Shown here piece by piece: positions 40,814-50,150 of a stretch of 64,000 bases of DNA. Positions within the stretch are counted from its first letter, which is position 1, and each line of letters starts with the position of its first letter. Made by a program: the position numbers and the translations under genes. The notes under the pieces were generated by a model, which saw only the letters and a list, made by a program, of their open reading frames with translations, was not told the DNA's origin and did no database searches. The stretch is taken from assembly GCA_963719495.1 (NCBI GenBank), contig CAVRCI010000009.1, positions 128,001-192,000 of the forward strand. The letters are read 5' to 3'. Origin of the DNA: an uncultured Verrucomicrobiae bacterium (lineage in GTDB: Bacteria; Verrucomicrobiota; Verrucomicrobiia; Chthoniobacterales; JAATET01).

Positions 40814-41287
40814 TTACCAGCGGAAGTGGGCGAAAGCGCGGTTGGCCTGCGCCATCTTGTGCATGTCGTCGCGCTTTTTGATGGCGTTGCCCTGGCCGGC
40901 GGCGGCGTCGCGCAGCTCGTTGGCGAGGGCGTCCTTCATCGGGATGCCGCGGCGGTTGTTGGCGAAATTGACGAGCCAGCGCATGGCAAGAGCGACCTGG
41001 CGCTCCTGCGGGACCTCCATCGGAACCTGGTAGGTCGCGCCACCGACTCGGCGGCTCTTGACCTCGAGGCGGGGCCGGACGTTGTCGATCGCCTTGTTGA
41101 GCGTCTCGAGGGGGTCGACCGTGTCGCTGCCCTCGTGGGATTTGTCGATGGCACCGTAAACGATCTTTTCGGCGGTGGCCTTCTTGCCCCGGCTCATGAC
41201 GGCGCTGATGAGACGCGCAACGAGCGGACTCGCGTAGCGGCTATCGCGTTTGACTTCTTTGTGAATGACTCGACGACGACGGGACAT
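40814..41287 (-). CDS. rpsG: 30S ribosomal protein S7
   Basis: EVKSRRVGGATYQVP, HKMAQANRAFAHFRW. Confidence 0.98.
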   Translation of the reverse strand: MSRRRRVIHKEVKRDSRYASPLVARLISAVMSRGKKATAEKIVYGAIDKSHEGSDTVDPLETLNKAIDNVRPRLEVKSRRVGGATYQVPMEVPQERQVALAMRWLVNFANNRRGIPMKDALANELRDAAAGQGNAIKKRDDMHKMAQANRAFAHFRW

Positions 41288-41331
41288 GGCTTCTTGAAAT
41301 TAGAAATGCGGAATGCTGAATTAGAAATCTG

Positions 41332-41748
41332 TTAGCGTTTTTTGCCGCCCTTGCCCTTTGCGGGCGCTTCCTGACCGGGTTTCGGGCGCTTGGCACCGTA
41401 TTTCGAGCGGCCGCGACGCCGACCGTCGACTCCGAGGGCGTCGAGCGCGCCGCGAACGATGTGGTAACGCGTGCCCGGCAGATCCTTCACGCGTCCACCG
41501 CGAACGAGGACGATGGAGTGCTCCTGGAGATTGTGCCCCTCGCCGCCGATGTAGGCGATGACCTCCTGGCCATTCGTGAGGCGGACTTTGGCGACCTTAC
41601 GCAGCGCGGAGTTCGGCTTCTTGGGGGTTCGCGTCATGACCTGAACGCAGACCCCGCGGCGTTGCGGGCAATTGTTCAGCGCGGGCGACTTCGATTTCGT
41701 CGTCACTTTCTTCCGTCCGTGGCGGACGAGTTGGTTGATCGTAGGCAT
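41332..41748 (-). CDS. rpsL: 30S ribosomal protein S12
   Basis: [27 protein letters not shown]. Confidence 0.98.
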   Translation of the reverse strand: MPTINQLVRHGRKKVTTKSKSPALNNCPQRRGVCVQVMTRTPKKPNSALRKVAKVRLTNGQEVIAYIGGEGHNLQEHSIVLVRGGRVKDLPGTRYHIVRGALDALGVDGRRRGRSKYGAKRPKPGQEAPAKGKGGKKR

Positions 41749-41856
41749 GAGCGTTTTTTGGAAAAGCGGTTCTGTAAATCCGAGACGTCCTGGGGACAAA
41801 AAAGCCACACTAGGAATGTGGCTATCCTCGAACCCCGTCGGAGTGCGGGAGAGAGG

Positions 41857-41884
41857 AAACTAGCGGTTGGCGTGGGCAGCGCAA
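41857..41884 (-). promoter_or_regulatory. Putative sigma70 promoter of the rpsL cluster
   Basis: Minus strand TTGCGC-16 bp-TAGTTT, with an A/T tract just upstream. Confidence 0.4.
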
Positions 41885-42076
41885 TCCTTTTTTGGAAAAT
41901 TTCATGCCGTTTTTACCGGAAGGCGGTTGGCAATGTTCGACGAAGCCGCGGAGGCGGTGCCGAGACCGGGCGGAGCATTTCAACGAGATGGCCCTCCCGA
42001 GAGCTGGCCGAACCCGATTCGTTTGCGGCGGAATTGACGACACACCCCGGCTCGTGAGACTTTGCGCGGCTCGCGC

Positions 42077-44593
42077 ATGGGAGGCAAAAAGAACAAGTCC
42101 AAACAGCGGCAGCAGCAGCGACGGAAGGAAATCCTCGCCGCGTCGCCCGACGACCTTGCGCTCAAAGCGGAGGACGAGATGGAGGTGGGGCGGTATCGTC
42201 AGGCCCGCGACCTGCTCAAGCCGCTCGCCAAGGCCGACCCGGGCCGCTTCCTCGCCCTGCTCGTCCAGGCCAACCTCGCGCTGGCGCGGCAAATGATCGA
42301 CCGCGGTCAGGCCAGCGAGGCCGAGCAGGTCCTCGCTTACGTCCGGACGCTCGCGCCCAAGAGCGGCGTCTCGCCCACCATCGACCTGGAACTCGCCCTC
42401 TCTAAAAAAGACTGGCCCGCCGTTGCCAGCAGCGCCGCCGCGATCCTCGCCAGCGCCGCGCCCGACGGGAGCACCCGCGCCGCCGACGCGCTCGTCGCCG
42501 CCGGTGAGCGGCTGCCCGACGAAGCCGCCACGCCCGCCCTCCGCGCCGCGCTGCACGGCATCCTCGAGGCGTTCGACGCGGTGGCCGACTCGCGGTTCGA
42601 CGACGCGCGGGACGCGATCCGCCCCATCGAGCGGGCGAGCGTCTTCGCGCCGTGGAAGGTGCTTCTCCGCGGGATGATTGCCCTGCACACCGGCGACGCG
42701 GCGGCCGCCCGGCGGTTCTTCGAGACGTCCCTCGACGGTGCGCCCGCTCGCGCGGCCCGCGCGTTCCTGCCGTTCTGCGGCGGCACACTCCCGCCCGGCG
42801 ACGCGCTGCCCTCGGCCCTTGGGACCGCCGTGGCCCGCGTCGCGAATCTTGGCCCGGCCACGCCCGCCCTCGTCCTCGCGGAGACCGCCTGGCGCTCCGG
42901 CCAACCCGCCGCCGCCTACCGGGCGCTCTGCGACGGCATTGCCAACTTCCCTTCCGCCGCGCCGGGCGTGAACGGGGAACTGACCCAATTCTTCCTCGCC
43001 GTCCCGCGGATGCTCGACTGGAAGGCCGCCAACGCGTTCGTCGATGTCTTCGACCGGATTCTCGTCTCGAACCGTGCCAGGAACCGCGCCGAGGAGCGCC
43101 TCGCCTGCCGCATCGTCGTCGCCCCCATCGCCCAAGACGGTCGCGACGACGCGCTCCTCCGCAGCCTTTGGGAGCGATTTGTCCGGCTGCACGCCCTCGA
43201 CTTCGGCCCGGACCCGCGGCTCGCCTCCGCCGTGGATACGCACCTCGGCAGAAAATTTGCGGCCCCCAATCCCTGGGGCTTCAACTCGGGACAACCCCAC
43301 CACCCCCGCTGGGCCGACGAACTCCTCACCCGCGCCGTCGAACGCGATCCCGACAATCTCGACGCCTGCCTCGCCCTCCTCGACCTCCGCGAACTCGAGG
43401 GCAACGCGAGTGCCCGCAATCATCTCCTCGACGACATGGCGGACCGATTCCCCGACGACAAGCGGGTGCTGCGCCGAGCCGGCCTCCTCGCTCTCGAGCG
43501 CAAAGCCTACACCAAAGGCACCGGCTACCTCGAGCGCCTCCGCGCCATCGACCCGAACGACGCGACGACCTTGCGACCGCTGATTGTCGGCTATTTCATG
43601 ATGGCCCTCGACCACTTCGGAAAAAACAAGCCCGCGCGCGCTCGTGAGCTTTTCGCTGTCGTCCGCCGCCTCGCCCTGCCGCCCAACAGCGGCGACGTCC
43701 TTTGCTCGCTCGAGTTCGTCGTCGCCAAACAGGCCAACGTCGAATCCATCGAAGGCGATCCCGCCATCGCACTCGCCAACCGGGAAGAAGCGCTCGCTCT
43801 CGCCCGGTTTGAGTCGCCCCTCGCACTCTACTTTGCGCTCTGCGGCGGAGAGGAAAAAACCGTGCAGCTCTGGCGCGACCGTTTCACCGCCGCCACACGA
43901 CAAGCCGTCTCCGGCGCGGAACTCCTCGAGGTCGTGCGCGCCCTCATCCACGTCGATGGTCTCCGCTCCAACGTGGACATCGATTGGGCCATCGAAGCGG
44001 TCACCCGACTTGCCTCCCACACCCGGAAACATCCGATCTCCCGCGAGTCCGCGGTCGCCATCGTCGAACTCCTCCACGCCGCGGACGACTTCGACGACAT
44101 CCTCGATGCCATCACGGATGGACGGCTCGCCGCGGATCCTGGTGACCCGTATTTCGGGTTCGAGCGGTTCGTCGCGGCGGGTCGCTTCGAAGACAGCCCG
44201 ACGGAAGCACCTTTTGACCAGCTCGAGAGCTTGGCCGACGAAGCCCGCCGCCGCAACGACCGCGCCGCCCTCGACGCCATCGGTCCCATCCTCGCCCAAG
44301 CGCGGTCTCGCTCCCCGCGCACCCGCTCCAGCGGCCCGACTTTCACACCGCTGGACATCGACGAGATGGACGATGACGACGATGACGATGAAGAATCGGA
44401 CCCCAAGATGGATCACTTCCGCCAGGAGATCGCCGCCATGTCCGACGCCGAGTTTCGCCGTTTCCGCAAGCGCATCGGGCGGAAAATCGACCCCCTCATT
44501 CTCGACGAACTCCGCGCCGCCTCCCGCGAACCCGATCCACCGAAGCCCGGGCACCTGAACCTCTCGGCCCAACTCGACCTTTTCCCAGAATGA
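42077..44593 (+). CDS. Large helical/TPR-like protein with a basic N-terminus, acidic tract and C-terminal QLDLF
   Basis: Ala/Leu-rich helical repeats (RAVERDPDN, RAIDPND), DDDDDDDEE tract, ends AQLDLFPE. Confidence 0.75.
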   Translation: MGGKKNKSKQRQQQRRKEILAASPDDLALKAEDEMEVGRYRQARDLLKPLAKADPGRFLALLVQANLALARQMIDRGQASEAEQVLAYVRTLAPKSGVSPTIDLELALSKKDWPAVASSAAAILASAAPDGSTRAADALVAAGERLPDEAATPALRAALHGILEAFDAVADSRFDDARDAIRPIERASVFAPWKVLLRGMIALHTGDAAAARRFFETSLDGAPARAARAFLPFCGGTLPPGDALPSALGTAVARVANLGPATPALVLAETAWRSGQPAAAYRALCDGIANFPSAAPGVNGELTQFFLAVPRMLDWKAANAFVDVFDRILVSNRARNRAEERLACRIVVAPIAQDGRDDALLRSLWERFVRLHALDFGPDPRLASAVDTHLGRKFAAPNPWGFNSGQPHHPRWADELLTRAVERDPDNLDACLALLDLRELEGNASARNHLLDDMADRFPDDKRVLRRAGLLALERKAYTKGTGYLERLRAIDPNDATTLRPLIVGYFMMALDHFGKNKPARARELFAVVRRLALPPNSGDVLCSLEFVVAKQANVESIEGDPAIALANREEALALARFESPLALYFALCGGEEKTVQLWRDRFTAATRQAVSGAELLEVVRALIHVDGLRSNVDIDWAIEAVTRLASHTRKHPISRESAVAIVELLHAADDFDDILDAITDGRLAADPGDPYFGFERFVAAGRFEDSPTEAPFDQLESLADEARRRNDRAALDAIGPILAQARSRSPRTRSSGPTFTPLDIDEMDDDDDDDEESDPKMDHFRQEIAAMSDAEFRRFRKRIGRKIDPLILDELRAASREPDPPKPGHLNLSAQLDLFPE

Positions 44594-44895
44594 ACCCCTT
44601 TACCACCCTCGGAGTCGCCCCCACCGCCGACGACCGCGCCATCCGCGACGCCTACCTCGTCGGCATCCGCGCCTCGCCGCCCGACACCGACCCCACCCGG
44701 TTCCGCGCCATCTCCGACGCCTACGAACTCGTCAAAACCGCGCCAGCCCGCATCCGCTACCAGCTCTTCGACGAGACGTCCCCCGGCGACAGTCCGCTCG
44801 ACGTCGTCGTCCGCCACGCCGTCGGGCGCGGCGCACCCAAGCCCATGAACCGCGACACCCAGCGCGCCTTCCTGCGCGATTGTCTCGAATCATGA
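44590..44895 (+). CDS. Small J-domain protein (HPD replaced by PPD)
   Basis: MNPFTTLGVAPTADDRAIRDAYL...SPPDTDPTRFRAISDAYE; ATGA overlap with the upstream gene. Confidence 0.8.
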   Translation: MNPFTTLGVAPTADDRAIRDAYLVGIRASPPDTDPTRFRAISDAYELVKTAPARIRYQLFDETSPGDSPLDVVVRHAVGRGAPKPMNRDTQRAFLRDCLES

Positions 44896-45602
44896 ATCCC
44901 GACCCGGCCGACTGGAAGGAACGCGCCTTCGACGACTTCGCCCGCTGGCTGCACGCCGCCGACGCGACGCCGCCGACCGCGGCCCCCGACGCCGAAGCCG
45001 ACGCCCCCGACCTCCACTCCCTCCTCGCCGAGCTCACCGCCCTCCGCCACGAAGCCCGCACCGGCAACCGCCGCGCCGCGGAATCCGCCGGTCAGACCAC
45101 CGCCGCCCTCCAGCGTTGCGAAGCAACCCTCACCGGGCTCCTCGCCTTCCACGCATCCACCACCACCGATCGCCCACCCTCGCGCGCTCACTGCCTCGCT
45201 CTCGTCGAACTCCACGACCGGCTCGCCCGCGTCGCCGCCGCCCTCGACCGCCCGCCCTCACCCCCCGCCTCACCCCCCGCCTCACCCCCCCGCCGCGGCT
45301 GGCTCGGTACCCCCACCCCACCCCCGCCCACCGACGCCTGGGCCGCCGCGTGGGAAAGCGTCCGGCAGGGCCTCGGCATCGTCCAGCGCCACACCGAAGC
45401 CGTGCTCACCAGCGCCGGAGTCCTGCCGATTCCCACCCGCAGCCTCCCCTTCGACCCCCTGCGAATGGTCGCCATCGCCACCGAGCCGCACCCTCACCTC
45501 CCGACCCACCACGTCACCGACGAACTCGCCCCCGGCTACGAATTCCAGGGCGAAATCCTCCGCGCCGCCGAAGTCAAAGTCTGCGCCCCGCCCGCGCCAT
45601 AA
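44892..45602 (+). CDS. GrpE-like nucleotide exchange factor
   Basis: LVELHDRL, GV.PI....PFDP..M.AI, VTDELAPGY...GEILRAAEVKV. Confidence 0.8.
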   Translation: MNPDPADWKERAFDDFARWLHAADATPPTAAPDAEADAPDLHSLLAELTALRHEARTGNRRAAESAGQTTAALQRCEATLTGLLAFHASTTTDRPPSRAHCLALVELHDRLARVAAALDRPPSPPASPPASPPRRGWLGTPTPPPPTDAWAAAWESVRQGLGIVQRHTEAVLTSAGVLPIPTRSLPFDPLRMVAIATEPHPHLPTHHVTDELAPGYEFQGEILRAAEVKVCAPPAP

Positions 45603-45642
45603 CTCCCAACTCCCAACTCGCAACTCGCAACTCGCAACTCGC
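45601..45642. repeat. Heptamer tandem repeat (AACTCSC)x6 directly before the Hsp70 ATG
   Basis: AACTCCC x2 + AACTCGC x4. Confidence 0.9.
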
Positions 45643-47370
45643 ATGAAAGACCCCATCGTCGGCATCGACCTCGGCACCACGAACTCCGCCATCGCCTCGC
45701 TCCAGGACGGCGTCCCCCGCGTTATCGACATCGACGGCGCCCCCTCCCTCCCCTCCTGCGTCGGCATCGATCCCACCGGCCAGCTCCTCGTCGGTCGCCC
45801 CGCTCGCAATCAACTCGTCGCCGCCCCCGACTCCACCGTCACCTCCATCAAGCGCCTCATGGGCCGCGACACCACCGTCACGCTCGGCGACCGCACGTTC
45901 ACGCCCGAGGAAATCTCCGCCCTCATCCTCCGCGAGCTCAAGCTCCGGGCCGAAGCCGCCCTCGGCCACCCCGTCACCCGCGCCGTCATCACCGTCCCCG
46001 CCTTCTTCGACGAGAATCAGCGCAAGGCCACGCAAAACGCCGGCACCCTCGCCGGCCTCGAAGTCGTCCGCATCATCAACGAACCCACCGCCGCCGCCCT
46101 CGCCTACGAAGCCGGTGAGCGCGGCGACGAACGCATCCTCGTCTACGACCTCGGCGGCGGCACCTTCGACGTCTCCGCCGTCGTCGTCGAAGGCGGCGTC
46201 GTCGAGGTCAAAGCCAGCCACGGCGACACGCAGCTCGGCGGCGACGACTTCGACGCCCTCCTCGTCGGCCACGTCGCCGCGCGCTTCGAGGCGGAGCACG
46301 GCATCGATCTCACCGCCGATCCCGCCACCGCCCGCCGCCTCCAGGTCGCCCTCGAGCGCGCCAAATGCCGACTCTCCGACGAACCCTTCACCACCGTCCG
46401 CGAAGAATTCGTCCACGGCGACCTCCACCTCGAACTCGAAATCGACCGCACCACCTACGAAGAACTCATCACCCCGCTCTTGGAAAAAACCCTCGCCTGC
46501 GTCCAGCGCGCGCTCGAAGACGCCGCGATCCCCGCGTCCAAACTCGACAAAGTCATGCTCGTCGGCGGCTCCACCCGCACGCCCCTCGTCCACCAGATCC
46601 TCCGCCAGCGCCTCCGCATCGAACCCCGCCACGAGATCGACCCCGACCTCATCGTCGCCCTCGGAGCCGCCATTCAGGGCGGAGCCAGTGCCGGAGAAAA
46701 ATCCCGCGCCATCCTCGTCGACATCACGCCCCACAGTTTCGGCACCGACGCCGTGGACACCGGCGGCTGGTCCGCCGACACCTACTACGTCCCCGTCATC
46801 CACCGCAACACCCCCCTGCCCGCCAGCAAGTCCGAGGTCTTCAACACCATCCACGACAACCAGGACACCGTCCGCGTCAAAGCCTTCCAAGGCGAAAGCG
46901 ACGTCCCCGACAACAACCTATTTCTCGGCGAATTCCTCATCGAAGGCCTCAGTCCCGTCCCGCGAGGGAATCCCATCGTCACGCAATTCGACCTCGACCT
47001 CGACGGCCTGCTCCGCGTCACCGCCACCGAGAAAGCCACCGGCCTGCGCGCCAGCGTCACGCTCGACACCCGCGGCACCTGCGACACCCTCGACCTCGAC
47101 GCCGCCGCCGCCAACCTCCGCGCCACCACCGGCGACGCCCCACCCGCCCCCGCCGACGCCACCACCCTCGACCCCACCCTCCTTGCCACCACCCGCGATC
47201 TCGAGAAACGCGCCCGCGCCCTCCTCGCCAGCGGCATCGACCCCGAAGACGCCACCGAGATCGGCCTGCTCCTCGACCAATGCGCCACCGCCGAGCGGGA
47301 CGCCGACGCCCCCACGCTGATCGAAAAATCCGAAATCCTCGCCGACCTCGTCTATTACCTTGAAGACTGA
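45643..47370 (+). CDS. Hsp70/DnaK-family chaperone (specialised paralog)
   Basis: GIDLGTTNS, TVPAFF, IINEPTAAALAY, YDLGGGTFDVS, LVGGSTRTP, linker ILVDITPHSFG; 575 aa. Confidence 0.93.
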   Translation: MKDPIVGIDLGTTNSAIASLQDGVPRVIDIDGAPSLPSCVGIDPTGQLLVGRPARNQLVAAPDSTVTSIKRLMGRDTTVTLGDRTFTPEEISALILRELKLRAEAALGHPVTRAVITVPAFFDENQRKATQNAGTLAGLEVVRIINEPTAAALAYEAGERGDERILVYDLGGGTFDVSAVVVEGGVVEVKASHGDTQLGGDDFDALLVGHVAARFEAEHGIDLTADPATARRLQVALERAKCRLSDEPFTTVREEFVHGDLHLELEIDRTTYEELITPLLEKTLACVQRALEDAAIPASKLDKVMLVGGSTRTPLVHQILRQRLRIEPRHEIDPDLIVALGAAIQGGASAGEKSRAILVDITPHSFGTDAVDTGGWSADTYYVPVIHRNTPLPASKSEVFNTIHDNQDTVRVKAFQGESDVPDNNLFLGEFLIEGLSPVPRGNPIVTQFDLDLDGLLRVTATEKATGLRASVTLDTRGTCDTLDLDAAAANLRATTGDAPPAPADATTLDPTLLATTRDLEKRARALLASGIDPEDATEIGLLLDQCATAERDADAPTLIEKSEILADLVYYLED

Positions 47371-47854
47371 GCCACCCGGCCCGCCGGCCGCCCCGTCGGC
47401 GCTCACCTGCCCCGCCTGCGGCAAGTCGAACGCCCCCGCCGCCCCCGCCTGCCGACGCTGCGGCTGCGATTTCACACTCCTCAACCGCGCCACCACCGCC
47501 GCCACCGCGCACCTCCTCCGGGCAGAAAACCACCTCCGCGCCGGCCGCCCCCGCCCCGGCCTCGCCGCCGCCACGACCGCCTGGACGATCCGGCACACCC
47601 CCAAAGCCGCCCGCCTCGCCTTCGTCGCCAGCGTCCTCCTCCGCGAGCACCCCACCGCCCTCCGCTGGCACGCCCGAGCCACCAGCAACGAACCCGCCCA
47701 ACCACCCACCGGCCAATTCGCAAAACGCCCCACCCCGGGCCGGGCACCCCACCCCCACGGACGCCGAATCCTCGTCGCCGCCACCCTCACCGCCGCCGCC
47801 CTCGCCACCCTCGCCCACTACCGCCGCCACGCAGCCGCGCTCGAGGATGCGTGA
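47360..47854 (+). CDS. Zn-ribbon + TPR-like small protein with a C-terminal hydrophobic segment
   Basis: CPACG...CRRCGCD, then helices and ILVAATLTAAALATLA; overlaps the Hsp70 stop. Confidence 0.6.
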   Translation: MKTEPPGPPAAPSALTCPACGKSNAPAAPACRRCGCDFTLLNRATTAATAHLLRAENHLRAGRPRPGLAAATTAWTIRHTPKAARLAFVASVLLREHPTALRWHARATSNEPAQPPTGQFAKRPTPGRAPHPHGRRILVAATLTAAALATLAHYRRHAAALEDA

Positions 47855-48435
47855 AATCGGCTCTGGAGCCACGCGGGTCTCCGGGCGTCCCGGTGCCAGC
47901 CGCCCCTCCCGATGGTGGGGAAGCCGCGCCGCCGGGTTCCCACTTCCGGTCACCCGTTGCGACCGAGCCTCGGCGGACGACCGATACTCCGCGAGCGACC
48001 GTCCCCACAATAGAAATAGCGTTTTTCCAACCTGACCCACATGGCGCCGCTATAAGCGGATTGTCGGTCGCTCTCGTCCTGAAAAATCAGAGATCCTTCC
48101 TTGCATGCGGGATGACAGGTTTGGACGAAGACGTTGCTTCGCAACGATCATGGCCCGCCCCCCAAGCTGTCATTCCGTGGTAATCCGATGAGCCATCGAC
48201 CGACTTTCACTTCTTTGTGTTCATCAAAAGGCAATCTCTGACTTTTCCCACCCCGCGCGCCGCCGCCCTGCGAGGTTTCAGGTGCCAGCTGACCCCTTCG
48301 ATCCGGTCACAAATCCGGCTCCGGGTGGGTGAAAATGCGAACACTTAGCCGCCTTGTCTCGGGCGATTCCCGAGGCCTCCCGTTGAAACGGGCTAAGCCC
48401 CATTCCTCCCCGGGAACGATGGCCGGCTAGGACGC

Positions 48436-49329
48436 TCATCCCTTCGTTCCGTAAAAACACGGGCAGCAGCCAAATTCCTTCGCGAAGGCTTTGCTGAAGT
48501 GACTCAGGCTCGAGTAGCCGACCGCCATCGCCGCTTCCGTCACATTTCCTCTGCCGCCGCGCAGGAGTTCGGCGGCGCGTTCGAGCCGCGCTCCCCGGAG
48601 GAATTGCGAAATGGTCAGCCCGGTCTCGTCACGAAAGATCCGGCTGAGATGGAACGGGCTGCAACCAACCAGCTTGCCAAGTTCCGCGAGTGTCGGCGGG
48701 TGCTCGAGATCGGCGGTCAGCAATCCACGCGTCCGGACGACGCGCGCGCTCGCGATCCGCTGCGTCCGTCGGCAGAAGAACTCCTCTTCCGGCTCGAAAA
48801 GACCGAGCGCCGCGACCTCGAGAATTTTTCCGTGGTGCCAGCAGGACCACGCACCCGGGATACCCGGAGGATCGAGGAGATCACGCGCCACACCGACGAG
48901 CGCTTCGGACATCGCGGAGACGCACGCATCGTCTCCCCCCGGGCTTCCCGGCTCGAGAAACTCCAGCACCGGTCGCCGCACCGCCAGAGTGCCCGAGGGC
49001 AGCCACCGCGCAACCCAACTCTTCCGGAACTCGACCGCGACAAACTGGTGCCGCCCGTCTCCGTTTCGGTCGAGCATCGGATGGCCCGACCGCGCGAAGG
49101 CCAGGCTCACGTGCCCGGGCTCGATCTTTGGTGCCTCCGACTCGATCCCGGTCGCCGCCCGCCCCGCCAGGTTCAAGCAGACCAGGAGGGACAGCTCGTC
49201 GAAGAGGTGGCGCCCTTCCCCTTGATCCGCCCGGTCCCACCGCGTGATCCGGAAACCGTCCGCGTCCAGATCACCGAAACCTCCCGCTCGATCACCAATC
49301 GCCTTCGTTGATTCGCTCCCGGCCACCAT
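48436..49329 (-). CDS. AraC-family (PchR-like) regulator
   Basis: PPTLAELGKLVGCSPFHLSRIF, NVTEAAMAVGYSSLSHFSKAF; ATG at 49329 preceded by AAGGGAG. Confidence 0.9.
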   Translation of the reverse strand: MVAGSESTKAIGDRAGGFGDLDADGFRITRWDRADQGEGRHLFDELSLLVCLNLAGRAATGIESEAPKIEPGHVSLAFARSGHPMLDRNGDGRHQFVAVEFRKSWVARWLPSGTLAVRRPVLEFLEPGSPGGDDACVSAMSEALVGVARDLLDPPGIPGAWSCWHHGKILEVAALGLFEPEEEFFCRRTQRIASARVVRTRGLLTADLEHPPTLAELGKLVGCSPFHLSRIFRDETGLTISQFLRGARLERAAELLRGGRGNVTEAAMAVGYSSLSHFSKAFAKEFGCCPCFYGTKG

Positions 49330-49342
49330 CACTCCCTTAATA

Positions 49343-49363
49343 TGCGATTGAGTCTCATTTGCA
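49343..49363. promoter_or_regulatory. Fur-box-like palindrome upstream of the AraC gene
   Basis: TGCGATTGAGTCTCATTTGCA, an AT-rich imperfect palindrome in a GC-rich background. Confidence 0.6.
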
Positions 49364-49364
49364 A

Positions 49365-50150
49365 TCACTTAGCGGTGGTCGGCGTGGATTGGACCTCGAA
49401 AAAGTTCGAATCGCCGCCGACGCGGGCGACGGGAATCCCGTAGGCCGCGCTCAACCATTCGCCGACGAGCACCGCGCCCGCGTCCCCGCTGGCCAGCACC
49501 CGGCCCCACGACATGAGGCAGACCTTCGTCGCGTAGGTCGCGCAGAGGTGCAGATCGTGCAGCACGACGACGACGCACCCGCCGTCGCGCGCGAAATCCC
49601 GCGCGAGTCGGAGCACGGAGTGCTGGTGCTTCAGATCCAAGCTCGAAGTCGGTTCGTCGAGCAACAGGTAGCGGCCCTCGGTCTCCCCATCGAGCTGCGT
49701 GAGCGCGCGGGCGACGTGGACGCGCTGACGCTCCCCGCCGGACAGCGTCAGGTAATCCCGGTCCGCAAATCCAACCAATCCCACGGATTCCAAAGCCCGG
49801 ATCGCCGCCCGCGCGTCGGCGCTCGTCTCGCGCCCCGTCCACCGCGGAGCGCGGCCCTGCAGGACGACGTCGATGACCGCGAACGGAAAGTTCAGCGCGC
49901 TCGATTGCGTGACCACAGCCCGCCGCCGGGCGAGGTCCCGCCCGTCCCAATCCGGCAGCGGCCGCCCGCCGACCTCGACCGATCCCGAGTCCGGCGCGAT
50001 CTCGCCCGCCAGCACCCGCAGCAAGGTTGATTTACCCGCCCCGTTTGCGCCGAGGATGGCGGTCACCTCGCCCGGTCGCGCGCGGAAGTCGACGTCGCCA
50101 AGGATCAGTCGTCCTTTCCGCTCCAAATTCAAACCACGCGCCCGGATCAT
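49365..50150 (-). CDS. hmuV: Heme ABC transporter ATPase
   Basis: GANGAGKSTLL, LSGGERQRVHVARAL.QL, YLLLDEPTSSLD, VVLHDL. Confidence 0.9.
   Translation of the reverse strand: MIRARGLNLERKGRLILGDVDFRARPGEVTAILGANGAGKSTLLRVLAGEIAPDSGSVEVGGRPLPDWDGRDLARRRAVVTQSSALNFPFAVIDVVLQGRAPRWTGRETSADARAAIRALESVGLVGFADRDYLTLSGGERQRVHVARALTQLDGETEGRYLLLDEPTSSLDLKHQHSVLRLARDFARDGGCVVVVLHDLHLCATYATKVCLMSWGRVLASGDAGAVLVGEWLSAAYGIPVARVGGDSNFFEVQSTPTTAK

Noticed and set aside
38604..44572. Long antisense ORFs (38604..41033 +, 41822..44572 -) and many similar Pro/Arg-rich alternate-frame ORFs
   Set aside because: Shadow frames of real genes caused by high GC and codon bias; no recognisable motifs
45252..45292. 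CCGCCTCACCCC repeats inside the GrpE-like gene as a phase-variation tract
   Set aside because: The 12-bp unit keeps the frame and encodes a Pro-rich linker (SPPA)
47851..48460. ORFs 47851..48183 and 48278..48460
   Set aside because: No recognisable domain or coding-like bias; treated as intergenic
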